Shown here in pieces: positions 47,701 through 60,200 of a stretch of DNA of 64,000 nt. Position 1 is the stretch's first letter; every line of letters starts with the position of its first letter. Below the pieces are notes generated by a model. That model was not told the origin of the DNA. It saw only the letters and a program-made list of their open reading frames with translations, and ran no database searches. The position numbers and the translations under genes were made by a program. The DNA is taken from assembly GCA_002269645.1 (NCBI GenBank), contig NIVC01001942.1, positions 62,001 to 126,000 of the forward strand, given 5' to 3'. This DNA is from Macrostomum lignano (lineage: Eukaryota).

Positions 47701-48392
47701 CATTTCAAGACTTTGTGCTTCTCGGTGACCACGGACAATAGAGTCCACCACTTCCTCATACTCGGCCTTTATTGCTGTCAATAGTGGTCGGTATGACGTC
47801 ACATAGCTAATGATCTGCAAGGATTTTAATTTTTTATAGACTCGATTATTACAAACCAAAATCATGACATAGACATAATAAGGCTTTTCAGATAAAAAAC
47901 AAACTAGTTTATAAAGACTCTTGAAACATCGAAATATATAGTCGCAGACAAACATCTGTAGTCTAGTCTTAGTTTTAAGTAGTATTATGATTCAATGCAC
48001 ACATGTACTTTGCAACTTTAAATTAGCGGAGACAGTTTCGCGAATTAAAGAAGTACTATAAAAGTTTACCTATACAGTATTTTCGGACAATAAAAATTCT
48101 AAAGTTAATTAAATTAATCTCTATAGCTTTTCCGACATTAGTGAGAAGTTTGCTCATATAGGGTGGGCACTAATGTTTTTCGCACAATTTTTCTCTTTCA
48201 AAAGCATGATAGTGTAGGATTTGACAAGACAACAAAAATAGGCAACCATACCTTGTCAAAGGCCTCCTTGTAGATTTCATACTCTCTTGCTTTTGTAAGT
48301 TCTTCAATATTTGAAAAATCGAGCTGAATCTGTTTTCTTAAGTCTGCTACAAACTCCTTATCCCGTACGCTTATCTCAGCGACTATACTCAT
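44759..48392 (-). CDS. CLHC1: Clathrin heavy chain linker domain-containing protein 1, 8 exons, ~601 aa
   Basis: Exons 48392-48252, 47814-47627, 47531-47374, 47290-46928, 46758-46443, 46097-45992, 45901-45562, 44952-44759 (sum 1806 nt, phases consistent). Motifs DKEF, SYRPLLTAIKAEYE, GMTL, DRFRELL..AASHAANS, DLVEHW. Confidence 0.85.
45001..45490. repeat. 26-bp minisatellite in the last CLHC1 intron
   Basis: CCCCACTCACTGAGGCTGCTGTCCCT units. Confidence 0.92.
46300..46400 (-). mobile_element. SINE family 2 core fragment in a CLHC1 intron
   Basis: CATTCCGCTGACCCTTGAGCAC...GCAGACGCTCACACAG matches 15924-16010 and 39112-39185. Confidence 0.5.
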
Positions 48393-49232
48393 TTTAAAAT
48401 TTAAGTCGGCTGAATCCAGAAAAAAGCAGCCTCTTTGCAGCGCTTGCCAGCAAAAAAATCGAAATAATTAATTTGAAAATTGCTCTTTACATACGCAACG
48501 GTTAGAGTAAAAGCATAACAAAAATGTAATCTATAGTTTTGTATTTATGGTACTAAATTAACATACTTGGTGTTAAAAAAAGAGAAAATCTACCTCTGAA
48601 ATAAAAAAGACAAATTTTTAATTATTAACTCTAAATACTTCAACGCGTGATATCTAAACCCAAACACTAGCTTTAATTTAGTTTTTTTAGTTATAGCTAG
48701 TATATATAGCTAGTAGACTAGCCTAAGCGCCAAAGACTGTAAGACATAAGTACTGTGTGTACTTTCTGTTTTTGACTCTTTAGATCTTTATTTTTATGTT
48801 TAGACCTACCTAGACTTTTCTATGTTTTTTTACCCATAATTCATGTACTTTTTAGTTAATATTATAATATTATAAGTTAATATAAATAACACTACTTTGA
48901 CTTTTTTAGAGGTAGAGGCCTAGTTAGTCCCAAACTCTGTATACACAGCAGGGTCTGGGTTGAGTCCAACCAAAGCTATGGCTGTTTTACTAATCCTTTT
49001 TAAGTTTTTGGTTTTAACTTGCTTAGAATTTTTCATGTGTTCCTAATACTTCTATTTGCATAGAATTAAAATATGAGTATCCATTTGGCAATTGTTTGTA
49101 CAAAGAAAGAAGTGTCATTTAATTTTCTTGTATGTAATTTTAAATTATATTTAGCTTTTCAATGCTAATTTTCAAAACTATTTTGTCTATAAACTAGTTT
49201 GGCTAGCCTTTATATAGTAGGCTGTTTTGGTG

Positions 49233-49631
49233 GGTGCCAGTCAATTCATCTGCCGCAAGTTCATCTGCTGCATGGACAAATTGGCAAACAAATTGGTCTG
49301 CTAGCCAATAAGATTAGAAGAAGAGCAGAAAAGATTTGTCATTTATATATAGTATGCAAGCTGTTGAAGCTATGAATGGAGTTCCATGCAATCCCCGGAA
49401 CTATTTTTGCATACAAGATCATCTTATTGAAACGATGGCTTTATTATTATTAAAATTGTACACAAAGCATTTAGCTGGGGTGGATGCCATGTAATGAAGA
49501 AGACACTAAGAAGTGGTAGGAGCAGGCCTAATTTCATTGGTTGCAGCAGATAAGTAGGCCTAGTCAAAAGGTTACAAACCAATTCATCTGCTGAGCAGAT
49601 AAATTGGCGGCAGAAAAATCAACTGGAAACC
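49233..49631. mobile_element. Decayed MULE-like MITE in the AT-rich block between CLHC1 and INPP5F
   Basis: Imperfect TIR GGT(G/T)(T)CCAGT....TCTGCCGC; flanks GTTTTGGTG/GTTTTGGCC; internal ATTCATCTGC repeats. Confidence 0.5.
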
Positions 49632-51232
49632 GTTTTGGCCACAATTGTGATGATTAAAAGATAGAATTAAAAAAACATTCTATGCCATGGCCAAATTGGT
49701 TTATAAGCAGAAAACCAAAATTTTTGCTAACAGAAATTATGGATATAGAGGTTTTTAGACATATAATTATAGTTAGGGGTATATATGGATGGGATATAGT
49801 TATCTAAATATAGATTTCTTATTTGATTTATTTATTTAGTAATATTATATTTAGCAACCCCCTGATTTATATTGGCTAGGCCTAACTATGCTATGAGTAG
49901 GGAAGATCATTTGACAAGCTTAGGATAGACCAAGCCCTAGTTATGTCTTTTCCTACCTTGTTGCTATATCTTTCCATGCTGTGCTGTTACATTGCACCTT
50001 ATTGTTATATATTATTGTTATACCATATTTTTATATTATATTATATCTTTTGTCATGTTGCTATTCTATGTTGCTATTTTATGCCACTATTAGAAGTGCT
50101 AAAACTAGGTCATTTTGATAAAAAAGTTGGTTTTAATGGAAATAATTCAATTAAAGGTTTTATTTTTTCTTTTCCCCTTTAGGTTTATAACAAGCAAGTG
50201 TTATAGATGGTGCCAATCTTATTGTAGCATAATAGAAATAAGTGAAAGCCAAGATCTATGTTCTAAGAGGTACTAAGTATGATTTTTTGCAAAAAGAAAT
50301 ATGATAATAATATAGCATTTTTATTACCAATAAAATTTATTGTTAACAAGATAAAAAAACAGTAGTAGTGATAACTATTTCTGAATATTTCTAGTCTTTC
50401 ATAAGCATTATAATACTATTTGACATCTAAGACCTTAAACTGTAATGCCAAAATAAGTCTAGACATGACTAGTTATCATTGGCTAGATATTTTTTATCTA
50501 AAGGCTAAAATCCAAATAAGGAATCTATGCTTGTAGTATTTTAGTGCCATATCTAGGCTTGTAAATTAGACTTTAGTATTATTAGATAAGGAAAATAATA
50601 TCTGATTTTCTCTAAGGGGATATAAAGGAAGGCATTTTGACTAATTGTCTAAAAATCTTCTTAAAGTTTTGGCACAAGTCAATGGGCTATATTATTATCC
50701 ATGTAGCTTTGGATATAATAATAAAAAGACTTAGAATATTTGATTAATACATTTTCTACCCACTTATACTAAAATAGTTCTAAGATCTTTATTTTCCTTT
50801 TTTAGTATACTCTTATAAACTATTTAAGTTATTATGATGATTTAGTTCCTTGATTCATTCTCACTAAAAATAGCATTTTAAAGCACTTGTCTTAATATAA
50901 GCCCTAAAATTCAATTGCTATGATTGTTTTTTTCTAATATCAAATTTAGCAGACTTAGTGCAGAGTTATATGGTATTCAATTGTCTTAGACATGTGTTCA
51001 AGCTTTATAGTTGGCTTATCTTTGTACTAAATCATTTTCTGTTGAGTATATAAAGCTGACCTTTAAGCAATTTTTACAGAAGTACATTCAACTTCTATTA
51101 CAATTTATCTGAATTTATGTTTACATACAAATGTACATTGCAGTAAGTGCGCCAAGCTAAGTCTAAATTCATTAACTAGCAAAGGCCATAGCAACAGTCA
51201 GCAGGCTACTCGCTATAAGTCTCGGCATAACC

Positions 51233-54200
51233 ATGGCGGCTCGGTTGCGCGCTCAGCCGTCTCCCACACCGCCAACATCTGTTTCGCCAGCCTCAATGTT
51301 GGCGGATTCCACGCCTAGCGGAGGCCGGTCCCCTGAACTGCCGCCAATGATGGAGGTGTTCCAGACTAAGGAGAACTACATCCTGCTCACTGGGGATAAC
51401 ATTGCCATCGTGTGCAGCCGCATCCGGCCAGGCCTGTCTGCTTATCCTGGCAGCGGCCGGGACTGCCTGGCCCAGTACGCCGGCGCCGTCTGTCTCGGCT
51501 GTTGCGAAGCTCTACTAGGTAAATTACGCTACGATGATAGCGACGAATTTCACCTGCTGCTTGTGACTAAAAGCGAGTTTGTAATGCACTATCCGACCGG
51601 GGGCACGGTGCGGCGCATAGCCAAGGTGGCCAGCTTGCCCTTGACTTCGGCTGAACCGGTTGACCTCTGCCTGGAGACCTGTCGAATCCATCCAGTGAGT
51701 GTAGGATCTGATCTACTACACATGGGGACTTGGCCATGTTCTTGTGTTTATGGCTGCTGTCAGAGTCAGCATGGTGCATTGGCATCGGCTCTTATGGGCG
51801 TGAATCGCAAAACGCAAACCCTTGGGAAGTTTTATGCACAAGCCCCAAATAAACGCGTTCGCGCAGGGAATCGAACCAGGGGTCGCGGCGCGAGTGTCAG
51901 GCGCGTTCGCCGCTGAGCTGGAGTACAAGGGTTAGATGCGTACAAGATAGCTTGTATAAAAATGGCGCATGTACCAGAAAACTGAATATTTTGGTAACCA
52001 ATGCTGACAAGCTATAGCACTAATTTAAACTGTAAAGCAGTTGAGAGATGCTTGGGTAGTTTCTATTAATTATTTCTCTTTGAGACCCACAGTTTAAATT
52101 TAGATTTCTCGGGAAATCTAGAAAGAAAGTGACTTTCAAAGAAATCCCTTTATTGTCTTTGATCCAGCTGCAAAATCTTTTGAAAGGCTAGCTGAGCTTA
52201 TATGTAACTCGGATATAGATAGACGGTAATTTCCGAAATTGAAATTAAATCGAATTTCTCAATCTGATCTGCACAGCTAATGATCAGGTTATCTCGAATT
52301 AATCAAAAACAAAAAAAATTCCAGTTTATCAGCTTCCAAATCCATTCTATAGTAGTTTATCAGCTTCCAAATCCATTCTATAGTAGTTTATCAGCTTCCA
52401 AATCCATTCTATAGTAGTTTATCAGCTTTCAAATCTATTCTATAGTAGTTTATCAGCTTCCAAATCTATTCTATAGTAGTTTATCAGCTTTCAAATCTAT
52501 TCTATAGTAGTTTATCAGCTTCCAAATCTATTCTATAGTAGTTTATCAGCTTTAAATCTATTCTATAGTAGTTTATCAGCTTCCAAATCTATTCTATAGT
52601 AGTTTATCAGCTTCTAAATCTATTCTATAGTAGTTTATCAGCTTCAAATCTATTCTATAGTAGTTTATCAGCTTCTAAATCTATTCTATAGTAGTTTATC
52701 AGCTTCTAAATCTATTCTATAGTAGTTTATCAGCTTCCAAATCTATTCTATAGTAGTTTATCAGCTTCCAAATCTATTCTATAGTAGTTTATCAGCTTCA
52801 AATCTATTCTATAGTAGTTTATCAGCTTCAAATCTATTCTATAGTAGTTTATCAGCTTCCAAATCTATTCTATAGTAGTTTATCAGCTTCCAAATCTATA
52901 GTAGTTTATCAGCTTCCAAATCTATTCTATAGTAGTTTATCAGCTTCCAAATCTATAGTAGTTTATCAGCTTCCAAATCTATTCTATAGTAGTTTATCAG
53001 CTTCCAAATCTATTCTTAGTAGTTTATCAGCTTCCAAATCTATTCTATAGTAGTTTATCAGCTTCCAAATCTATTCTATAGTAGTTTATCAGCTTCCAAA
53101 TCTATTCTATAGTAGTTTATCAGCTTCTAAATCTATTCTATAGTAGTTTATCAGCTTCCAAATCTAATCTATAGTAGTTTATCAGCTTCCAAATCTAATC
53201 TATAGTAGTTTATCAGCTTCCAAATCTAATCTATAGTAGTTTATCAGCTTCCAAATCCATTCTTTAGTAGTTTATCAGCTTCCAAATCTATTCTATAGTA
53301 GTTTATCAGCTTCCAAATCTATTCTATAGTAGTTTATCAGCTTCCAAATCCATTCTATAGTAGTTTATCAGCTTCCAAATCTATTCTATAGTAGTTTATC
53401 AGCTTCCAAATCTATTCTATAGTAGTTTATCAGCTTCCAAATCTATTCTATAGTAGTTTATCAGCTTCCAAATCTATTCTATAGTAGTTTATCAGCTTCC
53501 AAATCTATTCTATAGTAGTTTATCAGCTTCCAAATCTATTCTATAGTAGTTTATCAGCTTCCAAATCTATTCTATAGTAGTTTATCAGCTTCCAAATCTA
53601 TTCTATAGTAGTTTATCAGCTTCTAAATCTATTCTATAGTAGTTTATCAGCTTCCAAATCTATTCTATAGTAGTTTATCAGCTTCCAAATCTATTCTATA
53701 GTAGTTTATCAGCTTCTAAATCTATTCTATAGTAGTTTATCAGCTTCTAAATCTATTCTATAGTAGTTTATCAGCTTCTAAATCTATTCTATAGTAGTTT
53801 ATCAGCTTCTAAATCTATTCTATAGTAGTTTATCAGCTTCTAAATCTATTCTATAGTAGTTTATCAGCTTCCAAATCTATTCTATAGTAGTTTATCAGCT
53901 TCTAAATCTATTCTATAGTAGTTTATCAGCTTCTAAATCTATTCTATAGTAGTTTATCAGCTTCCAAATCTATTCTATAGTAGTTTATCAGCTTCCAAAT
54001 CTATAGTAGTTTATCAGCTTCCAAATCTATAGTAGTTTATCAGCTTCCAAATCTATTCTATAGTAGTTTATCAGCTTCCAAATCTATTCTATAGTAGTTT
54101 ATCAGCTTCTAAATCTATTCTATAGTAGTTTATCAGCTTCCAAATCTATTCTATAGTAGTTTATCAGCTTCCAAATCTATTCTATAGTAGTTTATCAGCT

Positions 54201-57200
54201 TCTAAATCTATTCTATAGTAGTTTATCAGCTTCCAAATCTATTCTATAGTAGTTTATCAGCTTCCAAATCTATAGTAGTTTATCAGCTTCCAAATCTATT
54301 CTATAGTAGTTTATCAGCTTCCAAATCTATTCTATAGTAGTTTATCAGCTTCTAAATCTATTCTATAGTAGTTTATCAGCTTCTAAATCTATTCTATAGT
54401 AGTTTATCAGCTTCTAAATCTATTCTATAGTAGTTTATCAGCTTCTAAATCTATTCTATAGTAGTTTATCAGCTTCTAAATCTATTCTATAGTAGTTTAT
54501 CAGCTTCTAAATCTATTCTATAGTAGTTTATCAGCTTCCAAATCTATTCTATAGTAGTTTATCAGCTTCTAAATCTATTCTATAGTAGTTTATCAGCTTC
54601 CAAATCTATTCTATAGTAGTTTATCAGCTTCCAAATCTATTCTATAGTAGTTTATCAGCTTCCAAATCTATAGTAGTTTATCAGCTTCCAAATCTATAGT
54701 AGTTTATCAGCTTCCAAATCTATAGTAGTTTATCAGCTTCCAAATCTATTCTATAGTAGTTTATCAGCTTCCAAATCTATTCTATAGTAGTTTATCAGCT
54801 TCCAAATCTATAGTAGTTTATCAGCTTCCAAATCTATAGTAGTTTATCAGCTTCCAAATCTATTCAATAGTAGTTTATCAGCTTCTAAATCTATTCTATA
54901 GTAGTTTATCAGCTTCTAAATCTATTCTATAGTAGTTTATCAGCTTCCAAATCTATTCTATAGTAGTTTATCAGCTTCTAAATATATTCTATAGTAGTTT
55001 ATCAGCTTCCAAATCTATAGTAGTTTATCAGCTTCCAAATCTATAGTAGTTTATCAGCTTCCAAATCTATTCTATAGTAGTTTATCAGCTTCCAAATCCA
55101 TTCTATAGTAGTTTATCAGCTTCCAAATCTATTCTATAGTAGTTTATCAGCTTCCAAATCTATTCTATAGTAGTTTATCAGCTTCCAAATCTATTCTATA
55201 GTAGTTTATCAGCTTCCAAATCTATTCTATAGTAGTTTATCAGCTTCCAAATCTATTCTATAGTAGTTTATCAGCTTCCAAATCTATTCTATAGTAGTTT
55301 ATCAGCTTCCAAATCTATTCTATAGTAGTTTATCAGCTTCCAAATCTATTCTATAGTAGTTTATCAGCTTCCAAATCTATTCTATAGTAGTTTATCAGCT
55401 TCTAAATCTATTCTATAGTAGTTTATCAGCTTCCAAATCTATTCTATAGTAGTTTATCAGCTTCCAAATCTATTCTATAGTAGTTTATCAGCTTCCAAAT
55501 CTATTCTATAGTAGTTTATCAGCTTCCAAATCTATTCTATAGTAGTTTATCAGCTTCCAAATCTATTCTATAGTAGTTTATCAGCTTCTAAATCTATTCT
55601 ATAGTAGTTTATCAGCTTCTAAATCTATTCTATAGTAGTTTATCAGCTTCCAAATCCATTCTATAGTAGTTTATCAGCTTCCAAATCTATAGTAGTTTAT
55701 CAGCTTCCAAATCTATTCTATAGTAGTTTATCAGCTTCCAAATCCATTCTATAGTAGTTTATCAGCTTCCAAATCTATTCTATAGTAGTTTATCAGCTTC
55801 CAAATCTATTCTATAGTAGTTTATCAGCTTCCAAATCTATTCTATAGTAGTTTATCAGCTTCCAAATCTATTCTATAGTAGTTTATCAGCTTCCAAATCT
55901 ATTCTATAGTAGTTTATCAGCTTCCAAATCTATATAGTAGTTTATCAGCTTCCAAATCTATTCTATAGTAGTTATCAGCTTCCAAATCAAATTCTATAGT
56001 AGTTTATAGCTCAACATCATAGAGCAAGCCTGAAACGAGCGTGGCGATCTCACAGTCGGCAAAGAGCGGGTCACTAGTCGAAGGTCAGTGAGATATGAAA
56101 GGTTTGGTCCCTGATGGTGTCTTAGCATTCAATAATTGGGAGCTCAGTCGCCTAGCGCGGTGCTCTGATGTGCCAGCGGCCCAGGCTCGATTCCAAGTGC
56201 AGTCGCATTAATTTGGGGCTAAATTGGAATCTCGGCTTGGCTCTGCTCGTGCAATTAACGCCTTTGAGGGCCAACCCCCAAGGCACAGTGAAGTGTACAT
56301 GCCTAACGATAAATAAAGTTAGGGCCGCTGTACACTCCTGTGTGAGTGTGTGCCTGTGCGTATGACTGCGTACGTATCCGCGCTTGTGTGCCTGCTCAGG
56401 GGAGTCGGTGGAATGGGCAGTAATGCCTCTCGCCGGTTGTGTGACAATGTCGCCTAAAGTGCGCAAGGGTGCGAACTGTGGTATTTGGTCTAGAGGGAAG
56501 GCGCACACCAGTTCGTACACAATACATATCTCCCCGTGCACTTTTAACCCAACTCGCGCAGATCGCGGACGAAGTGGCTCGCTTATTCTGCGACGGCTGC
56601 TACTTCAGCCCGGACGGCGCCGACCTCACCAGCACCCTGCAGCAGCAGAACTCCGACAGTTACGAGTCGGACGAGCCGCCTTGCCGGCGGTGTAAACGTG
56701 AATTCTTCTGGAATCAGACTATGCTAGCCGATTTAGTTGAAGAAGCTGATAAAGGCAATTCGAATGCCGCCGCCGTGATTATGCCGGTTATTCAGGGCTA
56801 CATCGATTCCATGAATATAATATTGGGCCCGTCGGAGCGGCGCGATCCCGTCAATGTCAGCCTGTCGCTCATTAGTCGGCGGTGCAAACATCGGGCCGGT
56901 ACACGATTTCAAAAACGCGGCGTCGATGAAAACGGCCATGTGGCTAACTATGTGGTGACGGAGCAGCTGGTGCAGGTAAGTGTTGCTTGCATTTGGTTCG
57001 AATTTAGCATTTAGGTTGTCAAGGACTACAATCTTAGTGTCAGCGATGCTATAGTTGGTGTCAGGAGCTCCAGTCTTAGTGTCAGCGATGCTACTCTTGG
57101 TCAGGGGTCAGGAGCTTGAATCTTAGTGTCAGAGATGCTATAGTTGGTGTCAGGAGCTCCAATCTTAGTGTCAGCGATGCTATAGTTGGTGTCAGGAGCT

Positions 57201-60200
57201 CCAGTCTTAGTGTCAGCGATGCTATAGTTGGTGTCAGGAACTCCAGTCTTAGTGTCAGAGATGGTATTGTTGGTGTCAGGAGCTCCAGTCTTAGTGTCAG
57301 CGATGCTATTCTTGGTCAGGGGTCAGGAGCTTGAATCTTAGTGTCAGAGATGCTATAGTTGGTGTCAGGAGCTCCAATCTTAGTGTCAGAGATGGTATAG
57401 TTGGTGTCAGGAACTCCAAATTTAGATGTCAAGAATCCTTAAATTCTTGTCAGAAACTCTAAGTTTAGTGTCAGGGATGCTCAAATTTGATGTCAGAAAC
57501 TCCAACCTTAGTGTCAGGGATGCTCAAATTTGATGTCAGAAACTCCAACTTTAGTGTCAGGAATGCTCAAATTTGATGTCAGAAACTCCAACCTTAGTGT
57601 CAGGGATGCTCAAATTTAATGTCAGAAACTCCAACTTTAGTGTCAGGAATGCTCAAATTTGATGTCAGAAACTCCAAGTTTAGTGTCAAGAAACCTAAGT
57701 TGATTTCACTGATGCTTAACACGTCTCTAGACAAATAGCACAAGACTTGATCTAGTGATGGTAAAATGTCAAGACTTCGAAGAGTTATCACTGCCATCAC
57801 TGCCACCCCCAGGTGCACCACGAGACGTCTCCGCATTTCGTCTCCTTTGTCCAGCTGCGCGGCTCCGTTCCCCTATTCTGGTCGCAGAGCGGCCTGCGCT
57901 ACAAGCCGCCGCCTAAATTGGAGCGCAGCGAGCAGGAGAACCAGACGGCATTGAACAGCCATTTCTACCGGCTAATTAGCGAATTCGGCCGGCTCATTGT
58001 GGTCAGCCTGGTGGACACGTCGCCTGGCCGCTCGGAGAACGTCATCGCCTCCGAGTACCTTCGTCGGGTGGTCGCATTGAACAGCCCGGACTTAGTTTAT
58101 ATGCAGTTCGACTTTCACGAGTACTGCAAACAGATGCACTTTGAGAATATCTCCATACTATTGGATAATGTTATGCCCATTATGCGCGATATGTTCTTCT
58201 GCTGGGTAGACAGGAAAGGCGTCATCTGCAGGCAATCCAGCGTGTTTCGGGTTAACTGCATCGACTGCTTGGACCGGACTAATGTTGTACAGACAGCCTT
58301 CGCTCGCCTGATGATGGAGACTCAGCTGAGGAAGCTCGGCCTGTTGTATCCGGAGGACAGCCTGCCGCAGGAGCTGCAGACGGCGTTCCAGTGCCTGTGG
58401 GCCAACAACGGCGACCGCATGAGCCAGCAGTACGCCGGCACCGGCGCTTTGAAGGCCGACGTAACCAGGACTGGCAAGCGGACCCTGCACGGCCTGATGC
58501 ACGACGGCATGAATAGCGCCAGCCGGTACTACCTGCGGTTCAACGAGTTCACCAGGCAAACTGCCATCGACTGCAGTCTGGGCCTCAGCACCTGCCGCGA
58601 CCTGGCCGAGGAGATTAAGACTCTGGCCGACCAGACTGTGCTGCAGAGTGACCAGGTAAGGCAGCGTCCGAAGATGGTCACTGAGATAGTTCTGAAAAAA
58701 GGTCACTGAGATAGTTCTAAAGATGGTCACTGAGATAGTTCTGAAGATGGTCACTGAGATAGTTCTGAAAATAGGTCACTGAGATAGTTCTGAAAATAGG
58801 TCACTAAGATAGTTCTGAAGATGGTCACTGAGATAGTTCTGAAGATGGTCACTGAGATAGTTCTGAAGATGGTCACTGAGATAGTTCTAAAGATGGTCAC
58901 TGAGATAGTTCTGAAGATGGTCACTGAGATAGTTCTGAAAATAGGTCACTGAGATAGTTCTGAAAATAGGTCACTAAGATAGTTCTGAAGATGGTCACTG
59001 AGATAGTTCTGAAGATGGTCACTGGGATAGTTCTGAAAATAGGTCACTGAGATAGTTCTGAAGATGGTCACTGAGATAGTTCTGAAAATAGGTCACTGAG
59101 ATAGTTCTGGAAATAGGTCAGTGGATAGTTCTACATATGGGTCAATGGGATAGTTCTGAAGAAAAGTCAGTGTAGAGTGAATCTCAAGTTGGGTCAGTGT
59201 AGAGTGATTCTCAAGGTGGGTCAGTGTAGAGTGATTCTCAAGGTGGGTCAGTGTAGAGTGATTCTCAAGGTGGGTCAGTGTAGAGTGATTCTCAAGGTGG
59301 TCAGTGAGAGTTCTGAATCTCAAGATGGGAAATCAGTGTGTTCTAGATGGGTGATAGTTCTGAAGATGGGTCAGTGTAGAGTGAAGGTCAAGTTGGGTCA
59401 GTGTAGAGTGATTCTCAAGGTGGGTCAGTGTAGAGTGATTCTCAAGATGGGGTCAGTGTAGAGTGATTCTCAAGGTGGGTCAGTGTAGAGTGATTCTCAA
59501 GGTGGGTCAGTGTAGAGTGATTCTCAAGATGGGTCAGTGTAGAGTAATTCTCAAGATGGGTCAGTGTAGAGTAATTCTCAAGGTGGGTCAGTGTAGAGTG
59601 AATTCTCAAGGTGGGTCAGTGTAGAGTGAATTCTCAAGGTGGGTCAGTGTAGAGTGAATTCTCAAGGTGGTCAGTGTAGAGTGAATCTCAAGGTGGGTCA
59701 GTGTAGAGTGAATCTCAAGGTGGGTCAGTGTAGAGTGAATCTCAAGGTGGGTCAGTGTAGAGTGAATCTCAAGGCGAGTCAGTGTAGAGTGAATCTCAAG
59801 ATGGGTCAGTGTAGAGTGAATCTCAAGATGGGTCAGTGTAGAGTGAATCTCAAGATGGGTCAGTGTAGAGTGAATCTCAAGGTAGAGTGAATCAGTGGTG
59901 GGTCAGTGTAGAGTGATTCTCAAGATGGGTCAGTGTAGAGTAATTCTCAAGGTGGGTCAGTGTAGAGTGATTCTCAAGGTGGGTCAGTGTAGAGTGAATC
60001 TCAAGGTGGGTTAGTGTGGAGTGAATCTCAAGGTGGGTCAGTGTAGAGTGAATCTCAAGGTGGGTCAGTGTAGAGTGATTCTCAAGGTGGGTCAGTGTAG
60101 AGTGAATCTCAAGGTGGGTTAGTGTGGAGTGAATCTCAAGATGTTTTATTAGTCTAGCTTTCCGTAATGTTTACTAATATTCCTGTTGAATTCGCCATGT

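Noticed and set aside
51181-51194. RFX/X-box-like CCATAGCAAC upstream of INPP5F (and CTTGCCAGCAA near CLHC1)
   Set aside because: Only half-site or imperfect matches; not distinguishable from chance without conservation data.
52321-56008. CRISPR-like appearance of regular ~30-bp repeats
   Set aside because: There are no unique spacers, the units are head-to-tail, and the context is a eukaryotic intron.
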